DNA from: Eledone cirrhosa
Taxonomy: Eukaryota
Assembly: GCA_964016885.1 (NCBI GenBank)
Contig: OZ024745.1
Span: forward strand, 41,044,001-41,108,000
DNA length: 64,000 nt
Direction of reading: 5' to 3'
How positions within the stretch are numbered: position 1 is the stretch's first letter; each line of letters starts with the position of its first letter. Of the stretch, positions 1 to 12,964 are shown in pieces. The translations under genes and the position numbers were made by a program. Under the pieces are notes generated by a model. It did not search any database. It worked only from the letters and a program-made list of their open reading frames with translations, and was not told where the DNA came from.

Positions 1-830
1 CGTCAATTTCTCTTTCATTCGGATGGATAGACTACCGTAGAGTCTATCCTTCCGAATGAATACAATGTTTTTTCAGATGATCTTTTAAAGCCAGTTCAAT
101 CTCTGTCTGTGTGAGTTGTACTGGCTTACGGGTTTTGTTTGATATTGCCGTATAAATAATAGTTTTTAAAGTATTTTCCTTTTTTATCTCTGGGGGAGAA
201 TTTAAAGAAAATAGACCATCCTCCTCCAAAGTTATATACTTCCGTACATTTTCCATTTGTTGGCCCATGTTCGAAATGTCAATAAGTTCATACACAATAG
301 TCTTTTTTATGCTTTGCGCGAACATTTGTCGAAATGTGGTTTTCTTGGTTTTTTGTTGTGTTTGTGTTATTTATGTTGGTGTATGCGTTCACATTTTTTC
401 CCCGTTGTGGTTAGACTCCATTTTTTCAAAATGTTCACTTATATTTTCAGTATCCGAGAGACTTGTAGTCACAGCTACTACCTCTCTTTCACCTTTGCTG
501 GTGGGAGTGGCACCGTGAAAAGTCGAAACGGCTTTCATTAATTGTTTCTACTTTAGGCACAAGGCCAGCAATTACCCAGTGCATTACTGGTACTTTATTT
601 TATCGACCCCGTAAGGATGAAAGGCAAAGTCAACCTCGACTGGATTTGAACTCAGATCGTAAAGGGACGTAACTATGCTGGAAAGCATGACGTCCGACCC
701 TCTACCGATACTGCCAATCCACCGCCCGAAACGGCTTTCATTAATGTTGGCAATTTCTCCGAGTCAATTTTTTTCACATTTTTTCATTAGGGTTTGGCTT
801 AATTTTTTCAATGTTTCTAATAATCATTAT
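1..830 (-). mobile_element. 5' part (ORF1, frameshifted) of a second L1/Tx1-like LINE, running off the window edge; interrupted by a SINE
   Basis: ORF 44..325(-) TIIYTAISNKTRKPVQLTQTEIELAL, continuing after a frameshift as IVFIRKDRLYGSLSIR, aligns by eye with ORF1 of the Tx1 element at 42436-43287 (TVTYHTVSTKSRRVERATEAQIQKAL...HITRGKKYATVDV). Confidence 0.55.
543..727 (-). mobile_element. tRNA-derived SINE (Meta-domain-like), full length
   Basis: Minus strand has A-box TGGCAGTATCGG, B-box GAGTTCAAATCC, body GACTTTGCCTTTCATCCTTACGGGGTCGATAAAATAAAGTACCAG, tail GAAACAATT; 18-bp TSD GAAACGGCTTTCATTAAT at 525-542 and 728-745. Confidence 0.9.
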
Positions 831-835
831 TCTTT

Positions 836-1003
836 CGGTAGAGGGTCGGACGCCATGCTTTCCAGCATAGTTACGTCCCTTTACGATCTGAGTTCAAATC
901 CCGCCGAGGTTGACTTTGCCTTTCATCCTTACGGGATCGATAAAATAAAGTACCAGTAATGCGCTGGATAATTGCTGGCCTTGTGCCTAAAGTAGAAACA
1001 ATT
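836..1003 (+). mobile_element. same SINE family, slightly 5'-truncated
   Basis: Near-identical to the 543-727 copy in opposite orientation; TSD ATTATTCTTTC at 826-836 and 1001-1011. Confidence 0.9.
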
Positions 1004-1851
1004 ATTCTTTCAGTTGGGAGGCTTGTTGCCTCCGCTACCCGCTGGGCGTGTCATCGTTACATGTGGTAATGGCTTACATTACCACTAGCGTAGAGACAAT
1101 TACAAGATTTTTAGGATGAAAAATTTCACCCCAAAAGGGGTGAAATAAATTAACCCTAATGTCCGAAGACCCAGGCAAGGGTGTTAATTAACACAATAAC
1201 GCAAGAATACATACAAACACTTACTGTTAACACGTAATATCTCCAATACTCGAGGAGCCGATATGAAGAACGTCTATACCATCCATAGATAGATAGATAC
1301 ATACATATGTGTGTGTGTTTATGTGTGTGTGTGTGTAGTATGCATGTATATAATCTATATACCTACGTACGTACATAGAAATGTCTATATGTGGACGTAT
1401 ACATGCAAACTTAAAAAGATGTATGTTACAAGGAAATTTGATCCGCCACTATAATACTGTAATAAATAATCCCCGATGTATAACTACGAATAAACAACAT
1501 ACAATCTTCAATTTCACCATCTAAAAATAACAACACTACACATCATTGTAAGCTAGACGTAATAAACAAGATGATATCAAGAATAAAGATATTAGAATTG
1601 TTACAAAGTAAAACATGAGTAAAAAGCTTCATTGAACTGTCAATCTCTGGAGTAGGTGTTTTAAAATTTCCAGGCTATACAGCTAAATTGTTCGACTCTT
1701 AATCGTTGATTTAGTAATTGGATAAAATTAAACGTGATCGGGCAACATCCTTTCACCTTTGGAGGTCACTGGTCGTCAGTGACAAGAGACAGCAAAATTG
1801 ATATTCTTTGTAAAACAGAAGACAAACATCAAAACAATGTCGGAGGGCTAA

Positions 1852-1990
1852 TACAATGGCACCTCTATTCTCAACATGAATATATAAACACACGCAAACA
1901 ATTTAAATATGGACATATATATATTTATATATACACACACAAACACATATATACCCCCCCTCTCTATCTCTCTCTCTCTCTCTCCCTCTA

Positions 1991-2024
<34 letters not shown>

Positions 2025-2103
2025 TGTGTTTGTATATATGTCCATATATAAATTGTTTGCGTGTGTTTATATATTCATGTTGAGAACAGAGGTGCCATTG
2101 TAT
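1852..2103. repeat. inverted repeat, ~70-bp arms, around a microsatellite spacer
   Basis: 1852-1920 TACAATGGCACCTCTATTCTCAACATGAATATATAAACACACGCAAACAATTT is the reverse complement of 2033-2103. Confidence 0.75.
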
Positions 2104-2144
2104 ATATATGTAAATATATATATATATGTGTGTGTGTGTGTATG

Positions 2145-2190
<46 letters not shown>

Positions 2191-2283
2191 AGTGTGTGCA
2201 TGTGTGTGTATGTGTGTATATAGGGCCGCTTGCGTGTGTATGTGTCTATCAATCTATCTATTAACACGTATATATATATATAT

Positions 2284-2426
2284 ATATTGTTATACTTTGG
2301 GAGGGTCATGTTGCCAATAAGAAACACACGCACCAGTTGCTTTCACTTCAATTTATTATAATAAATTTATAAATTTAGGAATTTATAAATTTATAAATTT
2401 CTGGTTGGTTCCACAACCAGATAGTT

Positions 2427-2478
<52 letters not shown>

Positions 2479-2678
2479 CTATCTGGTTGTGGAACCAACC
2501 AACCAACCAGAAATTTATAAAGTTATAAATTCCTAAATTTATAAATTTATTATAATAAATTGAAGTGAAAGCAAATGGTGCGTGTGTTTCTTATTGGCAA
2601 CATGACCCCAAAGTATAACAATATCGGTTTCAACACACGATTTCAGATAAAGATTCTTGCTAAACAAATTCAGAAACG
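2284..2678. mobile_element. fold-back PLE-derived insertion, family A copy 1
   Basis: Arms 2284-2430 and 2473-2624 are inverted; single-copy tail 2625-2678; flanked by (TA)n; same sequence at 20600 and 55424. Confidence 0.8.
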
Positions 2679-3008
2679 AAATATATATATATATATATAC
2701 ATGTATATATATATAGGGAGAGAGAGGGAGAAAAAAAGAAAGAAAGAGAAAGAGAGAGTGAGAGTGAGAGAGAGGGGGGGTAATGACATTACTGTTTGTG
2801 ATCAAAAGCGAGACAGTCGTCAAGAATAGGTGTAGAGTATATTGTATATTTATACTGAATAATTTTCCCGTCTCAAGTTTCAAGCCAATATATATTTGAC
2901 AAAGTCAAATGAAGATCGTCTTAATGTTGATACTATCACTCACAGAATTCCTTATGGACAGTCATATTATCAACTTGTCTTGATAAGACAACGTATAATC
3001 TCTCTCTC

Positions 3009-3109
<101 letters not shown>

Positions 3110-3132
3110 ATATATATATATCTATATATATA

Positions 3133-3169
<37 letters not shown>

Positions 3170-3289
3170 AAATGTACATATATATCCATGTATTTATATA
3201 TATATATATATATAATTATATATATATATATATATAAACACACACACACATACACACAGACCTACGCACACAAACACACATACATACAC

Positions 3290-3363
<74 letters not shown>

Positions 3364-4432
3364 ATATAGATAAATCTACCAAAATATACGGTAGTGTCCA
3401 ATCCGTATGAAGAACTCAATGTAATCCAAATATCACGAAAAGAGAAGATGCATTCAAAAAATTTTTCGATGAAAATCACAGGAAAACAGAGTCAATATAA
3501 ATTATTAAAAACAATGAATAAAAACAAAGAAACAGTTCCTTATATTAAAAAATTCATCATTTTACGATCGTTTCTAGGATATATATGTATGTTCGTATCA
3601 TATAGATGTATATGTAAAAATTTTACAAACTATCAGAGGGAATATACATACCTACACATATATATGCTGTATTCAGAAATAATTGTTTCTACTTTTTGGC
3701 AAAAGGCCAGCAATTACCCAGTCAGAAATAATGATATTTGTTTATTGAAAAAAAAACAAATATTTATTATAATAGGTCTGTTTGGGAACAGATTTTGAAT
3801 TGACCAATAGAAAAGTAGTAAGTGGTCAAGTTGATAGAATAGTAGTAGTAAAAATTTAATTTAGGGGTAGAGGAATGTAGACTTCAGTTTTGAATGGAAA
3901 GAATATTTTGAATGAAAAGATTACGTTGGGGATGAAAAGAGGTCAAGCCGGTGAAAGGTACACGAAAATTTGATGTTATTAAAGAATAATTATAATGTTA
4001 AAATCGAAGGAGAATAACATTTTAGTGAGAAATACCAATCTTATTTAAAACATAAGGAATTTAGATCTATAAAAGGAAATTAAATTAATTTAATTGATAG
4101 GCATACTTATAGGGATAAATTTATATTAATTCATATAGATGTGATAAATAAGAGTTAGATGTTATTAAAGAATGTTGTTAAAAACGAAGGAAAACATTTT
4201 TTTGGGGGATAAATGTATTAGTGAGAAATAACAAACTTATATAGACTACAAGGATTTTAGATTCATAACAGGAAATTAAAATAGTTTATATGTATACTTA
4301 TAGGTATTCATTTTAGGAAAGGATAGCTGTAAAAGGGAAATAAAATTATGAAGTTCTCAGTAGTAAAATACTAATTATAAGTTAACTAAATTTAAAAACT
4401 AATTATAATAATTTGTAAAATATAAGTGTATA

Positions 4433-5559
4433 TTAATTAGGTTTATAATATTTGACAGTTTTTCTAATTCTATGATTGCACGATATAATTAATTCTTGTC
4501 GCTTATTTAATAGGATATCCTTAGATTTCATTATTTCAAAAAGTTCCTGGGAATATAATCTACACTCATATCTGTTATTTTGATAAGAGGTGGCCCTTTT
4601 GAGCACACTCCAGGTCAGGTTATAATCTATATTATTTTTTCTATAATTATTAATTATTTCAGCCAATTATTAGCTAATGCGGCATTTTAAAAACTGTTTG
4701 TGGGTATTAAATCTTACTTTAGATTGGTTAGAAGTAGCTCCTATATATAAATAAGTTGATTAAATGGAGCAGTATACCAAGTAACTAGTCTATTACGGTT
4801 TCGATGCTGTTTTTTTATTTTTATACGATGTATCCTGATGGGAATTTATTATACATATGTTTAGTTAGATTCAATGATTTAGGTATTTTAGCCAGATTAT
4901 TAGGAATTTTGTTAGTAATGTTAATAACATATATTGGAGTATTAGGATGAATGGTTATTTGAAAGTTATTATATTGTATGTGAGAAGAGGTAGAGAAATT
5001 AAGTTTTAAGTTGGTGTTTTGGGGTATAGTGTGAGTGGCATTTAGGTATGTATTTTTCATTTGGTGTTTGTTGGTAATATTGGGTTGTATGTTTGTAGTA
5101 TTATTGGTACAAGGTATATATAGTAATTTGTTTTTGTGGCCGCTTCTAGCTAAATCTTCGTTATAAAAGGTCGCATTTTTATCAAATACATCCTTGTTAG
5201 ATGAAAGGTTAGAAATCCTTAATGAGATATTATATGCTAGGTTTTTAAGGATAGATCTAGGGTGAATGGATTGTGAGTGTATGTAATGTAAGTTTTGGTT
5301 AGGTTTATGGTAAGGTTGATAGATACCCGTAGATAAGTCTAAAGTTATATCAAGGAAATTAACTGGTGTTTTCAAATGTAATAGTGAGACTATAATAGTC
5401 TTTGAGGAAAGTTCTAATAAGTTTTTTATCTTTTTCAATTTCTGATATGCTAAGGTTAGTGGAAAGAAGAAGACAGTCATCACGATATAAACCACCTTTA
5501 AGGTGGGGAAAAGAAGCATTTATGTTAAATAGAAGAAAGAGGCCCACAAGATCGGTAAT
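4433..5559 (-). pseudogene. inverted partial copy of PLE RT C-terminal half and GIY-YIG endonuclease
   Basis: ORFs 5359..5562 (GGLYRDDCL), 4821..5519 (VNFLDITLDL...YHKPN) and 4433..4666 (CRLYSQEL...LLNKRQELIISCNH) duplicate the + strand copy. Confidence 0.85.
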
Positions 5560-5759
5560 CACTACCGTATATTTTGGTAGATTTATCTACCTACTTTGCT
5601 CCTAATTTTATACAGGTATTCATATTTTAATATATATTTTTTATATTTATATATATTATTTTATAACTCCCTATATATATAGTTGAGCTCTCTTTCTTGT
5701 CCATTATCCATATTACAAAGGAAAAACAATACTTGGGAACTTCTTTACGTTCTAAGGAT

Positions 5760-8259
5760 GAATTCTTACTTCTTATGATACAAAAAAACCAACCAATTCA
5801 TCAAAAGGGTCAGATGGAGAGCCTGCCACTTTGATAAAAAACAAAATGTACTGATAAGAAATATTTATATGATTTCACTACATATAAGAACCCACCACAC
5901 AACTCCTTGCTTGAAAACTTCGAGTAAGACCTTTTTAACTTAATCAAACACCTCAAATTTAAGAAATATAAATCTAATTTTCAAAAGGATCTTGATTCTA
6001 CCTTATTGGATCTAAAAAAATCTAACAAAATCCCTGTCCACTCTGACAAAACTGGAAATCTGTACCATATGGATATTGATAATTACAATGAGTTCATTTA
6101 TAAAGAACTCAGGAAAAATTATAAAAAAACAAATAATGCGGCACTTACCAATATCAACAACAAAACACACAACATAGTAAATAAACTCAATATTGAAGAT
6201 AGAACTGAACCTTTGGCACTGAAAAAACCACACTTTAACCTGAAAGATCAAAAATCTAATTTTAACTCTAATCCTTTTATAAGACTTATATGCCCTTCCA
6301 AATCTGACATTGGCATCATTAGTAAAAAAATTTAGATAGAGTCATACCACAATTAAAGAAACATGTTAATTTACCACTCTGGGAAAACACATCCCAGGTA
6401 ATTAACTGGTTTACTAATATTAGAAATAAATCATCTGCTCCATTTCTACAATTCGATATAGATGCTTATTATCCCTCTATATCACCCATACTCCTGAACA
6501 AAGCCTTAATATTTGCCAAAAATAGATCAAACTTAGCTGTGGATGACATTAATATTATCACGCTCGCTAGACAAACACTACTGGAATTTCAGAAGTAATA
6601 CTGGACCAGAAATACATATAGTAATCTACTCGACATTACTATGGGCTCTAGTGATTCTACCCAAATTACCGATCTTGTGGGCCTCTTTCTTCTATTTAAC
6701 ATAAATGCTTCTTTTCCCCACCTTAAAGGTGGTTTATATCGGGATGACTGTCTTCTTCTTTCCACTAACCTTAGCCTATCAGAAATTGAAAAAAGTAAAA
6801 AAACTTATTAGAACTTTCCTCAAAGATATTATAGTCTCACTATTACATTTGAAAACACCAGTAAAGTAGTTAATTTCCTTGATATAACTTTAGACTTATC
6901 TACGGGTATCTATCAACCTTACCATAAACCTAACCAAAACTTACATTACATACACTCACAATCCAATCACACTAGATCTATCCTTAAAAACCTAGCATAT
7001 AATATCTCACTCAGAATATCTAAACTTTCATCTAACCAGGATATATTCGATAAAAATGCGACCTTTTATAACGAAGATTTAGATAGAAGCGGCCACAAAA
7101 ACAAATTAGTATATATACCTTGTACCAATAATACTACAAACATACAACCCAATATTACCAACAAACACCAAATGAAAAATACACACCTTAATGCCACTCA
7201 CACTATACCCCAAAATACCAACTTAAAACTTAATTTCTCTACCTCTTCTCACATACAATATAATAACTTTCAAAAAACAATTCATCCTAATACTCCAGTA
7301 TATGTTAATAACATTACTAACAAAATTCCTAATAATCAGGCTAAAACACCTAAATCAGTGAATCTAATTAAACATATGTATAATAAATTCACTAATACTA
7401 ACTCTCTTAGTAAACATCAGGATACATCGTATAAAAATAAAAACAGCATCGAAACCGTAATAGACGAGTTACTTGGCATAATCTACAAATTAAAGATAAT
7501 ATCCCTAAAACTCCATTTAATCTACAAATTAAAGATAATATCCCTAAAAATTGTTTTACTATCCTAGAGAAAAACTTCCCGCCACACCATAAATACCATC
7601 AAATTTTAAATAGATCAACGGTCAAATTCTCCTACTCCACTACCAAAAATATACAACAAAATATAAGTGCCTACAATGCATATAAATGTAAAAAAAACCA
7701 TGAATATACAACCAACACATCAAACTAACCATAATACTAAAATATACCACAGCAAACCACCATCTCCTTCACATACAATAAGTCGAGTAAATTCCACACC
7801 TAATTTGACTAACTCCCCTGATATAATAATCACGAAAGGTTGTAACTCTAGAAACAAAGCAAATTGCCCATTAAAAGGAAATTGCCTTATTAATAACATA
7901 GTATATAAATGTAAAATTAGCACTAAGGACTCAACTTATTCATATATAGGAGCTTCTTCTAACCAATTTAAAGTAAGATTTAATACTCACAAACACAGTT
8001 TTAAAAATGCCGCATTAGCTAATAATTGGCTGAAATAATTAATAATTATCGAAAAATGAATATCGATTATAACCTGACCTGGAGTGTGCTCAAAAGGGCC
8101 ACCCCTTATCAAAATAACAGATATGAGTGTAGATTATGTTCCCAGGAACTTTTTGAAATAATGAAATCTAAGGATATCCTATTAAATAAGCGACAAGAAT
8201 TAATTATATCGTGCAATCATAGAATTAGAAGAACTTTCAAATATTATAAACCTAATTAA
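5760..8259 (+). pseudogene. PLE reverse transcriptase plus C-terminal GIY-YIG endonuclease, disrupted by stops and frameshifts
   Basis: FIKRVRWRACHF (~5798), HSDKTGNLY, RLICPSKSDIG, FLQFDIDAYYPSI, DITMGSSDSTQITDLVG, GGLYRDDCL, VNFLDITLDL, CPLKGNCLINNIVYKC...YIGASSNQFKVRFNTHKHSF, CRLCSQE...LLNKRQELIISCNH. Confidence 0.9.
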
Positions 8260-8972
8260 TATACACTTATATTTTACAAATTATTATAATTAGTTTTTTT
8301 AAATTTAGTTAACCTATAATTAGTATTTTATTACTGAGAACTTCATCATTTTATTTCCCTTTTACAGCTATCTTTTCCTAAAATTAATACCTATAAGTAT
8401 ACATACAAACTATTTTAATTTCCTGTTATGAATCTAAAATCCTTGTAGTCTATATAAGTTTGTTATTTCTCACTAATACATTTATACCCCCAAAAATTTT
8501 TTCCTTCGTTTTTAACAACATTCTTTAATAACATCTAACTCTTATTTATCACATCTATATGAATTAATATAAATTTATCCCTATAAGTATACCTATACAT
8601 TAAATTAATTAATTTCTTTTTATAGATCTAAATTCCTTATGTTTTAAATAAGATTGATATTTCTCATTAACATATTTATCCTATATTTTATTCTCCTTCG
8701 ATTTTAACATTAGCATTATTCTTTAATAACATCAAATGTTCGTGTACCTTTCGCCGGCTTGACCTCTTTTCATCCCCAAAGTAATCTTTTCATTCAAAAT
8801 ATTCTTTCCATTCAAAACTGAAGTCTGCATTCCTCTACCCCTAAATTAAATTTCTACTACTACTATTCTATCAACTTGACCACTTACTACTTTTCTATGG
8901 GTCAATTCAAAATCTGTTCCCAAACAGACCTATTATATTAAATCTTTGTTGCTGTTTTTCAATAAACAAATA

Positions 8973-9108
8973 TCATTATTTCTGAAGACAGCATATATAT
9001 GTGTGGGTAAGTATATTCCATCTGATAGTTTGTAAATTTTTTACATAGATCTATATGATATACATACCAACACACATATATATCTTAGAAACGATCGTAA
9101 AATGATGA
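8973..9108 (+). ncRNA. type I hammerhead ribozyme with long stem II in PLE 3' repeat
   Basis: Stem I TCATTATTT/AAATGATGA; CTGAAGA 8982-8988; stem II includes ATATATATGTGTG/CACACATATATAT; GAAA 9088-9091; palindromic ACGATCGT; GTA cleavage triplet. Confidence 0.75.
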
Positions 9109-9156
9109 ATTTTTTAATATAAGGAACTGTTTCTTTGTTTTTATTCATTGTTTTTA

Positions 9157-9219
<63 letters not shown>

Positions 9220-9329
9220 ACATATAACTGTGTTTGTATGTACAGTAATATAGCAGGGAAATTATACTAGCGACCCGATAGCTAAGCGTTTTTATTGATG
9301 CCTGCTTCAATAGAATGTCTGAAACGTTT

Positions 9330-10140
9330 ACATGCCGGAATGAGGTGGTCATTAACTCTTCTGACCTCGGAGATTTTTAAGTGTCACGGGTGTGGATTTC
9401 AATTATTCCCTATTCGTAGTCGTCCAAAGGATTAAGGTCTAGTGTGCTAGGAGTCCATATGTTTAAAGTAATGTGATCATGGAGATTTAAACTCAACTAT
9501 ACTTGGGTTGTTTGGGCTTACAGGACGGTGAAGAATCATGTAGGTAGATGTACATTCATCCTTTGTTCATACCTCAATCTACAACCTCACAACCCTCTCT
9601 TATAAGCAGCCACATTGATCACTAAGCCCAAAATATTTTGTACATAACTGTTGGGACATCTTTAAGGTCTCTGTACAAACATTTGCCCTTTCTTTGGTTC
9701 ACTTTTCGTCCTGATCAAAGTGTTCTCAAAAGAAAAGACCTAAATCATACCAAATTCCTAGTTTAACTTAGTCAATAAGCGTTTGCGCGCATCAGACGGC
9801 TATTTGTTTCTTTGTAGACTTGAATTCACAGCTCCGAATTACATATGACTTGTATCAAGGGTCCTCATACAACATGCTCTCGTAATGTGTCTTGGCATCT
9901 TGAGCATCTTGGCAATGGCGCTATTTGAGTTTTCCATATGTTTATCAATGATGTTCTGCACTTTCCGTACGAATTTGGATGTTCTGATAATATTAGGACC
10001 CTTAGTATGCGTTTTATGTTTCACTATTGCTGTAGAATGTCCCCGCCAGCGGATGTAGCTCTTTGCTAACTTGAAACAAGCGACCATGCAACTTTCAGGA
10101 AGTGAGCAATCTCTTAATCCCATACTCTGCCGTTACGGCA
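9330..10140 (-). mobile_element. decayed Tc1/mariner-superfamily transposase (maT/DD37D-like)
   Basis: Minus strand gives NLHDHITLNIWTPSTLDLNPLDDY (WPPxSPDLNPLD motif, ~9420-9490), an FDQDEKVN/DVPTVM-like segment near 9650-9740, and HTH-like ORF 9839..10123. Confidence 0.65.
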
Positions 10141-10911
10141 AAAATTACCAACTGACTTATCCAAACCAAATAAAGTATTACAGTGTATAATGTCCTTGAG
10201 TACACTTTCTCCTCTTCTTTCCTACTTACTCATATCTATGTCTTTGTGCTTTCACACCTGTGTGTGTAGATGTGACAACGAAATTATAGGCTGTGCAAGA
10301 AAAATACAATACGTGAGGGGAAAGGTAAAAAGAGAAGGTAAGAAATAGTGAGTAAAATATATAGGAAGACGAATGACTATACAAGCATGCACGTGAGATA
10401 AAATTTAATGTTTACCTATAGATATATTATGTACCATTTCTTGCCTCGGGGATTCTTCTTTTCTTTGCACTATTACATAAAACAAACGTGATAATCATTA
10501 TTTCTTATTCTATGAAACGACGTTTGTTCTATTGGATTTTGTATTAAATACTATTTTTCAAAGGTGAGAAGAAGTTGAAGATTAACTATCTACATAATAC
10601 ATAAATATATAAATATCAACTCAATATAACAGAACATAAGAGTACACATGTAACTATTAGGTAAAATAACACGGTGGTAGTATTCCAATGGTGGGAGGAC
10701 GTGTTGTTTATGTAGTTGTTTCGTTTCTGTAATTATTATTATTAGTATCATTATTGTTGTTGTTACTATTATTGATAATGTCATTACTAATATCAAATAT
10801 TATTTATATGTCTTTTGGAGGACTGAAATTCCAGTTAAGTAACAACACTTAAACGAGTTATAAAAAGATTTGATTGAAATAGCTGGAGTCGTTACAACTG
10901 TTAAAATAAGT

Positions 10912-11200
10912 TATAATAATAACAAAAATACAACAGCAACGGAAGAAGAAGAACAAGAAGAAGAAGAAGGAGGAGGAGGAAGAGGAGGAGGGGGAGGTCG
11001 AAGAAAAGGTGAAGAGGAGGAGAACAACAACAACAACAAGCGCAAGAAGAACAAGAACAAAAAGTTTAACAATGAAGCTTAACAACAACAACATCGACAG
11101 CAGCAAAGACAAGAACAGTAAAACAAGAGAAATATCTAACAATAAAATGAGCAATGGTAACAATAACATAGTCATCAACAAAAACAGCCGCAAGAGGAAC
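10912..11200. repeat. low-complexity (GAA/GGA/AAC)n region
   Basis: Mixed trinucleotide runs. Confidence 0.85.
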
Positions 11201-11913
11201 AAAACATTGTAAATATATATAAAAATAACCATGAACATAAAATATATATAGATTGCAGTAATTGGAACATAATAGAGCACTTTACCATATGTCTTTGAAA
11301 TATTTCAGTATATTTTAATATATTTCTTTGTCATAAGTATATTTGAAGTAGAAATGTTAATATTTAGATATATTTACATTGGATACTGAGATGGACTACA
11401 AATGTATTTGAAAATTAGTTTTCTCTGTTACGTTTTGCAATTCGAATAAAAATAATGAAATTTTAGTGTTATAAATCTAAATTATGTCATTATATGTTTG
11501 CTTATTTATTTCGTTGTTGTATTTTTTCTTTCCACGAATATAAAAAAAATGGCTTAATGTTGTTCGCAGTTTTTGTTTTATGTTAACACGTTTAATTTCT
11601 TTATTTTATTTACTTTTTTCTTCTTGCTTTAATGTTGGTTTTCTCGGTTTCCTGTTTATTCTTGAAATAGTACTGAAAAAGAAACGAAACTTCATAGTTT
11701 TTGTGTTTGTTTGGTTTATTTAGATTAAATTTGAATAAAACAGGGATATTGAGATGAATACATACATACCCACGCTCACGCGAACACACTCACCCTTGCA
11801 TAGACGGGCAAAATCACACACATATATCTATATCTATGTGTGTGTGTGTGTTTGTGTGTGAAAGAGCGTGTGCAAACATAAGTATATCCATATATGTAAA
11901 TGTATACTTATAC

Positions 11914-11969
<56 letters not shown>

Positions 11970-12039
11970 GTATGTATATATATTTGTATGTATATATATG
12001 TATATATATATATGTATATATATATATAGAGAGAGAGAA

Positions 12040-12072
<33 letters not shown>

Positions 12073-12227
12073 AAGAGAGAAAGAGAGAGAGGAACTTGCT
12101 ATATTTATTTTAAGTTTTGGCATCTGAAGAACTCAGCCTACCATAATTGATAAACCTCAGTGAAATATGAATAACGGAGTTTTACATAAACCTGAATCAA
12201 CTGAATATGGTCTCCGATCTTTTATTA

Positions 12228-12345
<118 letters not shown>

Positions 12346-12749
12346 ATAGGGGTTGAATGTGTGCATGAGAGTGTGAGTGTGGCCATGCCTATGTGTGAGT
12401 TTATGAAGATCAAGTAGGAAATATTGGAAATATTAGAAATCTGAAATATAGTGATTTCAATGGGAATGAAAATTACTACTTGATCCCGGATGTGTATTAA
12501 CATTTACGCTGAGAGGAAATATTAAAGTGACTCACTCAGCTTCCAGAAGATTAAGGTTTCGTTTTCTCGCAGTTGCCTGTCTGCATCTGCGGTCTTAATG
12601 TAAGCTTTCCAAGATTTCCGTTGCCATTATTTAAAGTGATCGGCTATTTTTATAGTCAATGCTTTCCGGAAGATTGTATTATGAATATACATACTTGTGT
12701 GTGTAGGAGTAGGAGTGAGCAAGTATTTAGACACACACACACATACACA

Positions 12750-12815
<66 letters not shown>

Positions 12816-12964
12816 TATGTATGTATACATATATATATGTATATATATGTATATATATATATATACATATATATATATGTATATATATATATACATGCTA
12901 CTGTATACATATATATATGTATATATATATATATACATGCTACTGTATACATATATATATATAT

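Larger units (their letters stand above)
3368..9160 (+). mobile_element. Penelope-like retroelement (Naiad-like): near full-length copy (5560-9160, +) preceded by an inverted 3' copy (3368-5559, -)
   Basis: ~3500-5559 is the reverse complement of 6665-9160, with a ~410-bp internal deletion; RT and GIY-YIG motifs; both ends abut (TA)n. Confidence 0.9.

Noticed and set aside
1740-1785. Hammerhead on minus strand (CTGACGA...ACC/GGT GAAA)
   Set aside because: Stems I and III do not pair convincingly; may be chance or heavily decayed.
8260-9160. Selenoprotein/SECIS in the Naiad-like element
   Set aside because: Endonuclease cysteines use normal codons, I saw no TGA at conserved Cys positions, and no convincing AUGA-AA-GA spacing by eye. 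SECISearch was not run.
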